Source: Candidatus Omnitrophota bacterium
GTDB taxonomy: Bacteria > Omnitrophota > Gorgyraeia > 2-02-FULL-51-18
Assembly: GCA_023247915.1 (NCBI GenBank)
Contig: JAHFFN010000004.1
Location: 1 to 62,993, forward strand
Length of the DNA: 62,993 bases
Direction: 5' to 3'
Shown here: positions 27,201 through 37,023 of the stretch, piece after piece
Numbering within the stretch: position 1 is the stretch's first letter
How the letters are laid out: each line of letters opens with the position of its first letter
Position numbers and translations under genes: made by a program
The notes under the pieces: model-generated
The model's input: only the letters and a program-made list of their open reading frames with translations
The model's database searches: none
Told to the model about the DNA's origin: nothing

Positions 27201-28313
27201 ATGAAGTTCAAAACAGTATTTTTTGCCGCACTTTTAGTCATTGAAATCGCTGTTTTAGATTTCGCAGCGGGTCGATTTTTAATCTATTTAGAATCTCATC
27301 ATAATGCCGCGATAAAAAAGATGCAGGAGGCGGAGCATGCTATTCGAACCTCTTCCACTATTTATCATCACGATTTAAAACCGTTAAAAAGCGCCCGAGT
27401 CCTCTGGGGAAATCTACGATACACGCTTACCACCAATTCTTTGGGATTTCGCGACAGCCAAATGCGAGACATTCCTCTAGAAACGTCCCAGCATCGAATC
27501 GTATTTATTGGGGATTCCTTTACCGAGGGGATTGGGGTTGATTTTGATAAAACGTTTGTTGGGATTATTCAAAAGAAGCTGGCCGAAACAGGCACCTCTG
27601 TTTTAAACGCAGGCGTTCTCAGCTATTCTCCCGTTCTCTATCTAAAGAAGATTGACTACCTTATTAACAAAGTCGGTCTTGAGTTTGACGAACTTGTGGT
27701 TTACATCGATGTTTCCGATATGGATGACGAGAATCAGTACCACATTTTTTATTCCACTCGTGATTCTGTGAATCTTGAGGAGGAAAGGAAAAAAGCTGTC
27801 GCCACCGCTGAATTGCATGACAAGAAAGCGCTTATTTTAACGGTAGGCAGAAAAAGGAATTCGTTGATTTTGAGGGTGATAGCTTTGCTTCGCGATCATT
27901 TTAAACGCCGCTCGCATCAAAAAGTTTTTGGTGCTCGCGGATTGTGGAGATCCTCATGGACTTTTGATGAAAAACTTTATCAGACTTATGGTCGGGAAGG
28001 TCTTGAAAGAGCCAAAGCGCACATGGATGATCTTTCGAAACTCCTAAAATCAAGGGGGATTCAACTTACCGTGGCGGTCTATCCATGGCCCGATCAAATC
28101 CTTCATCGGGATTTGAATTCCAGGCAAGTTATTTTTTGGAAGGAGTGGGCTCAAAAAAACAACGTCCATTTTATTAATCATTTTCCGGATTTTATTAACG
28201 GCAAAAATAGTAAAGAAGTGATCAAAAAGTTTTATTTGAGAAAAGATATGCACTGGAATCAGACGGGGCACCGGCTTGTCGCTGAACATTTTTTAAAAGA
28301 TAGGGGAAATTAG
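27201..28313 (+). CDS. Membrane-anchored SGNH/GDSL hydrolase-fold protein, paralog e (first gene of the 18-gene operon)
   Basis: ATG 27201 gives MKFKTVFFAALLVIEIAVLDF. NSLGFRDSQM. Block I RIVFIGDSFTEGIG, NAGVLSYSP, block V KDMHWNQTGHRLVAEHF. Confidence 0.8.
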   Translation: MKFKTVFFAALLVIEIAVLDFAAGRFLIYLESHHNAAIKKMQEAEHAIRTSSTIYHHDLKPLKSARVLWGNLRYTLTTNSLGFRDSQMRDIPLETSQHRIVFIGDSFTEGIGVDFDKTFVGIIQKKLAETGTSVLNAGVLSYSPVLYLKKIDYLINKVGLEFDELVVYIDVSDMDDENQYHIFYSTRDSVNLEEERKKAVATAELHDKKALILTVGRKRNSLILRVIALLRDHFKRRSHQKVFGARGLWRSSWTFDEKLYQTYGREGLERAKAHMDDLSKLLKSRGIQLTVAVYPWPDQILHRDLNSRQVIFWKEWAQKNNVHFINHFPDFINGKNSKEVIKKFYLRKDMHWNQTGHRLVAEHFLKDRGN

Positions 28314-28345
28314 GCGGCTAAATGGAAATTTGGTAAGATTATCAG

Positions 28346-29266
28346 ATGCTAAAGTCTCTGTTATGGCCATGGATTGGTCTGAAAAAGAATCTGGAATCGC
28401 TGGAGCAGGGGTTGAAGCGGTTCGAGAAAAAAACGAATCAATTTATCTCGGATGAGAACGTCCGCGCGGTAAATGAGGAAAGAGCTTTAAAGCGGGTCGA
28501 AGATTTTTTTCCGGTCAAACGAAACTATATCCAGGGGACGGAAGAGGATCTGTACCTTGTTTCCTATCCGCGTTCGGGCGTGACCTGGCTTCGAGTGATG
28601 CTGTCAGAGCTCGCCTATCAGTCTTCGGGAGAAAGTTTGGCGGATCTCGATTACTTTGTTCCTGATTTAAGCCTGAATGTTTTGTCGGATCAGATCATCC
28701 CATCCTCGCGTCATATTTTTAAAAGCCACGAATCCTATCTTTGGAATCATTGGAAGACGGAGAAATATAAAAAAGTCGTCTATTTGATGCGGGATCCGCG
28801 GGATGTCGCTCTCTCTTATTACCGATACAACCAAAAACTTTGTAATTATGCGGGAAGTCTTGACGAATTCATCGCCGATTGGATCGCCGGGAGAATTTCT
28901 CCGGGCACCTGGTCACAGCATGTGGATTCTTGGGAGGCTTCGTCGATTGAAAAATACGGCGTTCAATCGTGTTTGATTAAATACGAGGATCTAACGCGCC
29001 AGCCCTTAGCGGAGCTTAAAAAAATTTCAGAATTTTTTTCGATCACGGCGGATTTAAAGGCATTGGAGAAAGCTGTCTCGAATTCTTCTGTCGAGCGCAT
29101 GAGGCAAAAAGAAGCCAAAGGCAAGCGAAGGGTGGAGATAGCTTCCGGCTTTGAGTTTATCGGGAAGGCGGAGTCGGGTCAGTGGAAAACGGCTTTGACT
29201 CGCTCACAGCAAGAGACCCTCGAGAATGCCTTTGGTAAAACGATGAAGCGCTTCGGATACCTCTAA
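28346..29266 (+). CDS. PAPS-dependent sulfotransferase (Sulfotransfer_1 type)
   Basis: 5'-PSB loop SYPRSGVTWLRVML and 3'-PB motif YLMRDPRDVALSYYRY. Both are canonical. Confidence 0.9.
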   Translation: MLKSLLWPWIGLKKNLESLEQGLKRFEKKTNQFISDENVRAVNEERALKRVEDFFPVKRNYIQGTEEDLYLVSYPRSGVTWLRVMLSELAYQSSGESLADLDYFVPDLSLNVLSDQIIPSSRHIFKSHESYLWNHWKTEKYKKVVYLMRDPRDVALSYYRYNQKLCNYAGSLDEFIADWIAGRISPGTWSQHVDSWEASSIEKYGVQSCLIKYEDLTRQPLAELKKISEFFSITADLKALEKAVSNSSVERMRQKEAKGKRRVEIASGFEFIGKAESGQWKTALTRSQQETLENAFGKTMKRFGYL

Positions 29267-30247
29267 ATGGCCTTGTCCGCGTCCGGGTGGCCATGGTCCG
29301 GCTCTGAACAACAATTTCCAGAAAAGACTCCCAGCGGAGCCTCCTGGCCAAAAATTTCGATTGTGACTGCCACTTTGAACCAAGCCCCTTTTTTAGAGTC
29401 CACGATGCGATCCGTCTTGCTTCAGGGATATCCCAATCTCGAATACATCGTGATTGACGGCGGAAGCACCGACGGCTCCGTGGATATTATTAAAAAATAT
29501 CAAGATCAGCTGGCCTACTGGGTGAGCGAGCCGGACAACGGGCATGGACACGCGCTCAACAAAGGTTTCGCGCGAGCGACGGGGGACATTCTAGCCTGGA
29601 TCAATAGCGATGACTTGCATTTGCCATGGACACTGGCGACGGTGGCGGATGCTTTTGTCAGCGAACCTCAAGTGGAATGGCTGATTGGGTGCTATTCTTT
29701 TTGGGACGTTTACGGACGTCAGACGCATGCCTGGCCTGTTCACACCAATGTTTATAACTATATTTTAGGCAATGTTCCCGGAAGAAATCGATGGCTTCAA
29801 CAGGAATCTGTTTTCTGGCGCCGCTCTTTGTGGGAAAGAGCGGGTTCAAAAATAGACGAAAGTTACCGGTTTATGGTAGATGCCGAATTATGGTGCCGTT
29901 TTTTCTTATTGGCTGATTTATGGCATGCGGAAGCGGTCTTGGGAGGTTATCGCGTGCATGGCGCGGCACGCAGTCGGATTTATCGTGCGGAGGTGATGAA
30001 AGAAACTTACCGGGCGGTGGAGAGTTTAAAAAACAAAGTTTCACCGCAAGTGCGATCAGGCATTCGGTTGATACAGGCCGTCACAAAAAATCAAAAATTT
30101 TTTGGAAAATGGCTGAATGTGCATTTCATTGCTAATCGGATTTTTAAAAACGAATACAAGACGCTTGATTTTAAAAAGCTCAAATTTGACCCGGATCATC
30201 AAAAGTGGCATAAAACGAGAGTTCCGTTTCGCTGGATCGGAGAATAA
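29267..30247 (+). CDS. GT2 glycosyltransferase
   Basis: ISIVTATLNQAPFLESTMRSVLLQGYPNLEYIVIDGGSTDGS .. ILAWINSDD. ATG directly follows the upstream TAA. Confidence 0.85.
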   Translation: MALSASGWPWSGSEQQFPEKTPSGASWPKISIVTATLNQAPFLESTMRSVLLQGYPNLEYIVIDGGSTDGSVDIIKKYQDQLAYWVSEPDNGHGHALNKGFARATGDILAWINSDDLHLPWTLATVADAFVSEPQVEWLIGCYSFWDVYGRQTHAWPVHTNVYNYILGNVPGRNRWLQQESVFWRRSLWERAGSKIDESYRFMVDAELWCRFFLLADLWHAEAVLGGYRVHGAARSRIYRAEVMKETYRAVESLKNKVSPQVRSGIRLIQAVTKNQKFFGKWLNVHFIANRIFKNEYKTLDFKKLKFDPDHQKWHKTRVPFRWIGE

Positions 30248-30259
30248 GAAAAAGAAGCC

Positions 30260-30994
30260 ATGCAAAATCGAGGCGTTGTTTATACCGCATGGGGAAAATG
30301 CATTGAAGAGGCGGAGCGCTCCGCTTCGACGGCGAAGAAATTTGGTTTAAAAACTTGCCTGGTCAGCAATCACTATGCCGGATCCGCTTTTGATCATTTC
30401 ATCCGCACGGACGCGTCACTAACTCATCACACCGAAAAAATCCATGCCTGGGGATTGTCTCCGTTCAAAACGACTTTGTACCTGGACACGGATACTCAAA
30501 TCGTGGGAGACCCCGCTTATGGTTTTGAAATGGCCGAGCGTTACGGCATGGCGATCGCGATCGCTCCCGCGTGTCATCTCAAGCTTCACTGGGGCTATCA
30601 CATTGATCAGTACTGGAAAACACCGATCCCGGATGATTTGGTGGAATACAACACCGGTGTCTTGTTCCACAGCGCGGCACATCCTGTTTTTGGGGATGTC
30701 TTAAAAAAAACAGCTCTCTTAATTCAACAATCCTTCGAAAAGACGCATGAAGAATTTGTTCGCTGTCCGCTCAACGATCAGTCCGGTCTGACGGTGTATC
30801 TATGGGAACGCGGCCTGAACCCTTCTGTTTTATCTCAAAACTGGAATTTCAGACCCGGCATTTATCAAGAGAAAAAAGTGTCGGTGCCGGGCGGTTTCGG
30901 GCCGATCAAGATTTGGCATTCTAGTATGCCGATTCCGGAAGGTTTTGACGTGAATCAAAAAGGGTTTTGGGATTTGCCTACCCTCCGTGCGTAA
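30260..30994 (+). CDS. Putative GT-A fold glycosyltransferase (GT8-like)
   Basis: TLYLDTDTQIVGDP (DxD) and EYNTGVLFH. Motif-only call. Confidence 0.45.
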   Translation: MQNRGVVYTAWGKCIEEAERSASTAKKFGLKTCLVSNHYAGSAFDHFIRTDASLTHHTEKIHAWGLSPFKTTLYLDTDTQIVGDPAYGFEMAERYGMAIAIAPACHLKLHWGYHIDQYWKTPIPDDLVEYNTGVLFHSAAHPVFGDVLKKTALLIQQSFEKTHEEFVRCPLNDQSGLTVYLWERGLNPSVLSQNWNFRPGIYQEKKVSVPGGFGPIKIWHSSMPIPEGFDVNQKGFWDLPTLRA

Positions 30995-31739
30995 TTTAAT
31001 TATTCTTGGTTGTGGGCGGAGCGGGACGAGCATGGCGGCGGGTTTGTTGGCGCGATCCGGGTATTTTGCGGGTAAGGATTTGCACGCGCCCCAGCCCAGC
31101 AATCCCAAAGGGTTTTTTGAATCGTTTGAAATTAATATGATTAATGAAGATATCCTGCGTGAATCCGCGGGTGATTTGATCCTGCCTTTAAAAAGTAAGC
31201 AGCTTTGGCTTTCTCAGCTTCCGCTTGAAATTTCGATTCGATCGACAGGCGCAGTAAATGAGCGCATTAAAAAATTAGTCTCTAACAAGCCCTATTGTTT
31301 TAAGGATCCGCGATTTTGCTACACCTTGCCCGCTTGGAAGCCGTTTTTGGATCCAGACACAGTATTTTTGTGTGTGTTTCGTCAGCCTTGGAAAACGGCG
31401 CTGAGCATCGTGCGGGAAGTGGAAAGCCGTAGTTATTTGCAGGGAGTTTCGATGGATTTTGAGCGGGCGATGGGGATATGGAGGGCTTGCTATCAGCATA
31501 TTCTTCAAATGCGCCAACGCGGAGGCTCCTGGGTGTTGATGGAATACCGTCAATTTTTTGATGAGAGCTGTCTAAAAAAGCTTGAAAATTTACTCCAAAC
31601 GACTCTGGATCGCAGCTTCCCAGAGGCGATGCTTGAAAATAATGCATTGCCTCAAGCGATTTCCGCCGCCGACGAAGTCTTGTATCAGCAATTATGTTCT
31701 TTGGCCGGGTATCCTCCTGATTTGGTAGGAGGGCGATGA
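30987..31739 (+). CDS. Sulfotransferase-family protein (P-loop GxxRSGTS type)
   Basis: GTG start overlaps the upstream end. LIILGCGRSGTSMAAGLLARSG (5'-PSB-like) and CFKDPRFCYTLPAW. Confidence 0.7.
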   Translation: MRNLIILGCGRSGTSMAAGLLARSGYFAGKDLHAPQPSNPKGFFESFEINMINEDILRESAGDLILPLKSKQLWLSQLPLEISIRSTGAVNERIKKLVSNKPYCFKDPRFCYTLPAWKPFLDPDTVFLCVFRQPWKTALSIVREVESRSYLQGVSMDFERAMGIWRACYQHILQMRQRGGSWVLMEYRQFFDESCLKKLENLLQTTLDRSFPEAMLENNALPQAISAADEVLYQQLCSLAGYPPDLVGGR

Positions 31740-33304
31740 TGAGGCGTTATGCGGAAACAATCACCAATGTTTTGATTTTTCTTTTTATTGTCGGTGTTTC
31801 CCTTAAAAGGAATCTTCTGATTCGATCAACAATGGATATCGCCTTGACGGACGAAAGCCGGTATTTGAAAGAAGCGCTGAAGTTCAACGCTTCGCATGTG
31901 TTACCACCTCTTAAAGGGTTCTTATACACTTTGTGGTGCGCGGGAACCTCCCGATTTTTTCAGGACATGCTGTCATTTCATTATTGGAATTATCGATTGT
32001 TGGCTGTTTTGGCGGCGCTTAATTTTTATTATCTTTTGCGCGGGATACGCGTTCAGAGGTTTGTGGCGCTGGCGGTCACTTTTTTGTACGTCTTTATGGA
32101 TTGCGGGAGAGGAGCTTCTTTTACTTTTGTTAATTTTTTCGCGGTTCTGATACTTCTTGTTTTTTTGAACATAGCCATTCGTTTAAAGAATAAAGAAAAT
32201 GTCGTTTTTGTCATGGCTCTCGGCGCTTTGGCGGCGAGCTTTGTGCGTCCGGAGTATTTGCTTTCTTTTTATTTTATTTTAGGTTACCTAGCGATTAAAT
32301 TTCTTTTGTTCCATAGGACTGATCGAGAAATGAGGAAGAAGTTGCTGGGGCTTGGCCTGGTTTTTGCCGCGGTTATTTCGACTTTGGGGAATCCTTCCTT
32401 AAGTAAAAAATCCGAATGGATGATTTTTGGAAACAATTTTTCTATTGCCGCTGTCAAACGTTACCACGACCCGATCATACACCCGGTGCTCGAATGGCGT
32501 CGCGTGACGGAGACTAAGTTTCCTAAAGCAAACTCCATTGTCAGCGCGGCTATTAGTAATCCCCGGGAATTCAAAGCGCATATTTTTTATAATGTAAAAA
32601 ATTATTTCCGTTGCCTGCGGTTTGGATTTGGAGTCTGGTGGATCGAAGCCGGATTTTTTTTAGTGGCAGGGCTTGGTTTGATGCGTTTTTTAAAGGGCAC
32701 GGGGTCTTCGTCCTACAATCGGGAGTGGGTGTTTGTTGCAACGGCGCTTCTTTTTTCTCCGGTATTATCCGTTATCGTTCTTAGTGTGATCGGGCGTTAT
32801 TTGACGCTTCAGACTTTGTGCTTGTTTGCGCTGTTTGGGGTGGGTATAAACAAGATGTTTAAGGTAGAATTTCACGGCGTTTTGATCGTCATTTTAGGCG
32901 TGGCCGTTCTGATTGCCATGCCTACCGATGGGGGAGATTTTTATAGCAAGAATCCCCGAAATCTCTCTAGAACCAAGATGATTTTTTATTTGCGCTCTTT
33001 AAGGACAAGCGAAGAACCGCGCTTGCTTTGCGATTCCGTATTTCCGGCCTCTCCTCTGGGGATCTATGTCAATCGTCCGGTTACCCTGATCAATCCCTAT
33101 GCCAAACGAGAATCTTTTTTGGAGTTTTTGGAAAAGAAAAAAATTAACCTGATCATGATTTCGTACGCGGGATGGAGTTTCGTCAATAACCATTTGTATG
33201 TTGAAGACAAAGAATTTAAAGATTTTATTGCCGCGCCCGAAAATTATGGATTTGCTAAGTCATTTTCGAACGCGCATCATATATTTACGAAGAGGGGCGT
33301 CTGA
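31736..33304 (+). CDS. Polytopic membrane protein, possible third GT-C-like transferase or polymerase/ligase-like protein
   Basis: ATGA start/stop overlap. About 10 or more TM helices. TM1 is followed by MDIALTDESRYLKEA (D-E loop motif as in the two GT-C proteins). Soluble C-terminal domain. Confidence 0.55.
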   Translation: MMRRYAETITNVLIFLFIVGVSLKRNLLIRSTMDIALTDESRYLKEALKFNASHVLPPLKGFLYTLWCAGTSRFFQDMLSFHYWNYRLLAVLAALNFYYLLRGIRVQRFVALAVTFLYVFMDCGRGASFTFVNFFAVLILLVFLNIAIRLKNKENVVFVMALGALAASFVRPEYLLSFYFILGYLAIKFLLFHRTDREMRKKLLGLGLVFAAVISTLGNPSLSKKSEWMIFGNNFSIAAVKRYHDPIIHPVLEWRRVTETKFPKANSIVSAAISNPREFKAHIFYNVKNYFRCLRFGFGVWWIEAGFFLVAGLGLMRFLKGTGSSSYNREWVFVATALLFSPVLSVIVLSVIGRYLTLQTLCLFALFGVGINKMFKVEFHGVLIVILGVAVLIAMPTDGGDFYSKNPRNLSRTKMIFYLRSLRTSEEPRLLCDSVFPASPLGIYVNRPVTLINPYAKRESFLEFLEKKKINLIMISYAGWSFVNNHLYVEDKEFKDFIAAPENYGFAKSFSNAHHIFTKRGV

Positions 33305-33305
33305 G

Positions 33306-34382
33306 ATGAAACCGGGTGTGACGATGGTGGTGTGCTGTCATAATAGTGTCAAACGCCTGCCCAGCACTTTGAGTGCCCTGGCGTTTCAGGAAGTTTCCGA
33401 AGAAATTCCTTGGGAAGTGTTGATCGTGGACAATGCGTCCACGGACGGGACGGCAGCGGCAGCAGAAGGGCAGTGGAAATTTTTGGTAGCCAAGCCTTCT
33501 TTTCGCGTGATCCAGGAGCCTCAGCTGGGGCTTATTTATGCTCGCATGCGAGCCCTGAAAGAGGCAAAATATGAATACGTTAGTTTTATTGATGATGACA
33601 ATCAGATAAATCCGGATTGGGTGGAATTAGTTTATGAAGTTATGAGCCGTCATCCAGAAGTAGGCGCTCTGGGAGGGCTCAATGAACCGGTTTATGAGGC
33701 CGAACCTCCTGCCTGGTTTTCTCACTATCTAAAGTTTTCCGCGCCGAAATTTGTGAACAGCTACGCGCTCGGGCCGCAGGGGCCCGCGGCAGGGGATGTC
33801 ACGGATTCGCGAGGGTTTTTATGGGGCGCGGGATGGACGCTTCGCAAATCCGCCTGGCAACAAATTGTCGAAGGAGGTTTCGAGCCCTTTTGCGTCGGAT
33901 CTCAAGGCAAGCGTATGACGCGTGGGGAAGATTCGGAAATCTGTCTGGCGCTCCAGATGGCAGGATGGCGATTGTGGTATGAGCCGCGATTAAAGTTGAA
34001 ACATTTTCTTCCGGCTTCGCGTCTTCAGTGGAATTATTTACGACGGGTGCGGCGCATGGGCGGAGCCTCGACAGTGTACGTGGATTTGTATCGCGCGGCA
34101 CTCAAGGATCCACGGCTTCCAGCTTTTTCTCTTTCTATGAAATGGGAAGAAGAAATAAAAGGAATATTTAAGATGTTTGCCAAGCACTGGAAAAAGCTAC
34201 CATTCTTATTTTTCGGGCCGTCAGAAGGGAAGCTCGATATTTTGGAGCTTGAAGGAAAGGTGGGGAAGTTTCGTGAACTTCTTAGGGTACGCCGTGATTT
34301 TCTCGGTTATGTCGAGCGCATATTCACATTGCAAAAAAAATTAAAAGGACGGGCTCTTGTTGAAAATAGCGCACATCGTTAA
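33306..34382 (+). CDS. GT2 glycosyltransferase
   Basis: ATG 33306 lies 1 nt after the upstream TGA. VTMVVCCHNSVKRLPSTLSAL, VLIVDNASTDGT, YVSFIDDDN. Confidence 0.85.
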   Translation: MKPGVTMVVCCHNSVKRLPSTLSALAFQEVSEEIPWEVLIVDNASTDGTAAAAEGQWKFLVAKPSFRVIQEPQLGLIYARMRALKEAKYEYVSFIDDDNQINPDWVELVYEVMSRHPEVGALGGLNEPVYEAEPPAWFSHYLKFSAPKFVNSYALGPQGPAAGDVTDSRGFLWGAGWTLRKSAWQQIVEGGFEPFCVGSQGKRMTRGEDSEICLALQMAGWRLWYEPRLKLKHFLPASRLQWNYLRRVRRMGGASTVYVDLYRAALKDPRLPAFSLSMKWEEEIKGIFKMFAKHWKKLPFLFFGPSEGKLDILELEGKVGKFRELLRVRRDFLGYVERIFTLQKKLKGRALVENSAHR

Positions 34383-35190
34383 CCCTGTATCCGTAGGGCT
34401 GTCATCCGATTTGTTTGAGGCACAGCCGGTGACTTTTAAAACCATGCAAATGGCGGCGGAACTGGCTAAAACCAAAGGAATTGAAGTGAGTTTGTACGCC
34501 GCCCAATACGCGGAAGACCGAGCGATCGTGCCCGAAGGATTTATCGCGACTAAAAACCTGGAAGCCTCTATTTTGGATCACGGCACTTTTTCGGCGAATC
34601 GCAAGCTCCCGATTTTGAAAGATATTTTAGGCCGGCTTTACGAATCCGCCGTCGATGCCGATTATTTGATTTATACCAATGTGGATATCGGGCTTCTGCC
34701 ATTTTTTTATATCACCGTCGCTGATTTTATCGAGAAAGGTTACGACGCTATTTCCATCAATCGCCGGACAATTCCTTCGCAATTATCCAAAGAAAAAAAT
34801 CTGGCTACGGTGTTCGCACATGCGGGCGAGAAGCATCCAGGTTTTGATTGTTTTGTATTTAAGCGCAGTGTCTATCCGCAGTATCAGTTGGGAAGTATTT
34901 GCATCGGCATTCCTCCGATCGGCCGCGCTTTGCTGGCCAATCTCGTGGCAAACGCGACGAAATTCGGGGACTTCAAAGATCTGCACGCCACTTTTCATTT
35001 TGGCGACGATGGGCCGTGGAGAAAAAATCCTTCCATGCATGGCATGATGTTTCACAATCTCGAGCAATTTGACCGCATTATCGAGCACTATGAAAGAAAT
35101 GGAAAATTTTCGGAGCACAATAAAGAGCTCGTGGAATACGTCAAGAATCACAGAGCTCATCTGTGGCTACCTGGGTATAAAAAAGTATGA
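34357..35190 (+). CDS. Hypothetical protein, possibly GT-A-like
   Basis: TTG start overlaps the upstream end. KIAHIVNPV.., ADYLIYTNVDIGL, YDAISINRRT. No secure family call. Confidence 0.4.
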   Translation: MLKIAHIVNPVSVGLSSDLFEAQPVTFKTMQMAAELAKTKGIEVSLYAAQYAEDRAIVPEGFIATKNLEASILDHGTFSANRKLPILKDILGRLYESAVDADYLIYTNVDIGLLPFFYITVADFIEKGYDAISINRRTIPSQLSKEKNLATVFAHAGEKHPGFDCFVFKRSVYPQYQLGSICIGIPPIGRALLANLVANATKFGDFKDLHATFHFGDDGPWRKNPSMHGMMFHNLEQFDRIIEHYERNGKFSEHNKELVEYVKNHRAHLWLPGYKKV

Positions 35191-35909
35191 ATTTGGGAAC
35201 GCTGATTACCGGTTCGGCGCGATCCGGCACGACGCTGGCGCTGCGTGTGCACTGCCCTGATTTGACGGCGGAAGAGGAACGGCACAATAGCGATTTTAAT
35301 GAGCCGTTGCCGCTGACGCAGGCGATTCGAAAAAATCAAATGCTGGAAGCGGAGCGTATTTTGACGGAACGTCTTGGCAACCGACATCATTTAGTTAAAT
35401 CCCCGCACGCTTGTTTTTTGGCGCCCTATCTGAAACCCAACTATCATTTGATCGTGATTTTCCGAGACCTGAGACTTATTCTGCCTTCCATGCTGAGGCA
35501 TCCCAATGTGCTTCGTTATGAATTGAGAGGAAGTCTCTCGCTTGAAAGAGCGCTGACAATGGCTCGACAGAGTTATGAACGGGCGTTTTTGTACGAAGGT
35601 TCCATGGAAGTATGGAATTATGGTTTTTGGGAAGAATGGAAAATTCGCAATCGGAATACCGGGCATCTTTACGGAAGACCTCATGAGACCTCGGACAGGG
35701 TTTTAGAGGATATCCGCCGTACGGGGGAAATTTTTTCGAAGGAGTCTTTTTCCAGCGATATTTGGGAAGAATTTTGCGAAACAAACGCCGTCACGAATCA
35801 ACAGCGATCAGAAGTTTTAAAAAGCAATGAAGCGATACGTCTTCTTTATGAAAAACGAGGGTTCCGCATTAAAACGTACGACGATATTTATGCAAAACGA
35901 GAAACCTAA
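35187..35909 (+). CDS. Putative sulfotransferase (divergent)
   Basis: ATGA overlap. LITGSARSGTTLALRV (5'-PSB-like P-loop) and LIVIFRDLRLILPSML (3'-PB-like R-D-x-R). Confidence 0.55.
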   Translation: MNLGTLITGSARSGTTLALRVHCPDLTAEEERHNSDFNEPLPLTQAIRKNQMLEAERILTERLGNRHHLVKSPHACFLAPYLKPNYHLIVIFRDLRLILPSMLRHPNVLRYELRGSLSLERALTMARQSYERAFLYEGSMEVWNYGFWEEWKIRNRNTGHLYGRPHETSDRVLEDIRRTGEIFSKESFSSDIWEEFCETNAVTNQQRSEVLKSNEAIRLLYEKRGFRIKTYDDIYAKRET

Positions 35910-37023
35910 AAAAATATTAATTCTATCCACAACGCCGACGCATCCCACAAATTCCGGGACTCGAGGCCGCATCCTGATATTGACTCAAATGCTACGCAAA
36001 AATGGACACGAGGTATTTTTTATGCATGTTCCCAGAGATAAAGGCTCCGGGCCTCTAATGCAAGATTTTTGGGGAGATCGTTATTTTTCAATGCCGTATC
36101 GAGAGCCAGCGCCGGTGGCCTCGCCGGTCATGGACGCCGATGCTTGGTATGATGAAACATTGGAAAGTTCGTTATCCGAACATTTGTCGACACATGCGTA
36201 TGACGCGGTGATTCTTATCCGGTTTTTTCTTTCAAAAGCACTGGTTTTATTTCCGAAAGAAACAGTGAAAATAATCGATACTAACGATATTTTTTCAAAC
36301 CGGCACGAGCTTTTTATCAAACAAGGCCTCGCGCCAAAGTGGTTTTCGACGACGCCCGACCAGGAAGCCAAGGCATTGGATCGCGCGGATGCGTTGATGG
36401 CGATGCATGCTCGTGACAAAGAATTCTTTTCAGGTCTTTTTCCGGAGAAGCCTGTTTTTTGCGTGGGGCATTGGACGCCTATTTTTCAAGCTCAAAAAAG
36501 AGCTAAAAGGAATCACCTGCTTTTTGTGGGAACTCTCAACCATATGAATGAGCATGGGCTGCGCTTTTTTATTAAAGAAATATTTCCGCTGGCCAAAACA
36601 TTAGTGCCTGATCTCAAACTTTTAGTCGCGGGACGAGTCGGTGAAGCGGTTCAGGGAAGCCCCGGAGTGACTTGTTTGGGGGAAGTGGCGAATCTCGAGA
36701 GTGTTTACGCACAGGCCGATGTGGCGATCAATCCGGTTTTATTTGGAACGGGACTTAGCACAAAATCTATCGAAGCGATGGGCTTTGGGATCCCGCTGAT
36801 TTCAACCCGGGCAGGCGCGGAATGGCTGGAGGAAAGAAAGGAGCCCGCATTTAAAATTGCGGACAGTCCGGAAGAATTTTCCCGTGCGATCGCGGATCTT
36901 TTGAAAAACTCCAAAGAGTACGAGTATTTTTCAAGGAAAGGGCTTGAGTTTGCACAAGCGTATAACCAGCAAAGTGAAAACGCTATTCGTTTCCTTTTTA
37001 ATTTCTCCAAGGTGTGTCAATGA
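35890..37023 (+). CDS. GT4-like (GT-B fold) glycosyltransferase
   Basis: ATG 35890. KKILILSTTPTHPTNSGTRGRILILTQMLRKNGHEVFF. C-terminal FGTGLSTKSIEAMGFGIPLISTRAGAE. Confidence 0.8.
   Translation: MQNEKPKKILILSTTPTHPTNSGTRGRILILTQMLRKNGHEVFFMHVPRDKGSGPLMQDFWGDRYFSMPYREPAPVASPVMDADAWYDETLESSLSEHLSTHAYDAVILIRFFLSKALVLFPKETVKIIDTNDIFSNRHELFIKQGLAPKWFSTTPDQEAKALDRADALMAMHARDKEFFSGLFPEKPVFCVGHWTPIFQAQKRAKRNHLLFVGTLNHMNEHGLRFFIKEIFPLAKTLVPDLKLLVAGRVGEAVQGSPGVTCLGEVANLESVYAQADVAINPVLFGTGLSTKSIEAMGFGIPLISTRAGAEWLEERKEPAFKIADSPEEFSRAIADLLKNSKEYEYFSRKGLEFAQAYNQQSENAIRFLFNFSKVCQ

Noticed and set aside
33198-33305. Long 5' extensions in the ORF track for several operon genes (33198, 35827, 39872, 40885, 41622, 52679, 55761, 57368, 60896).
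   Set aside because: Each extension overlaps the preceding gene in another frame. Each is followed by an internal ATG placed at or within a few nt of the upstream stop (an ATGA-type overlap or a 1-nt gap). That ATG also begins the recognisable domain, so I used the internal starts.
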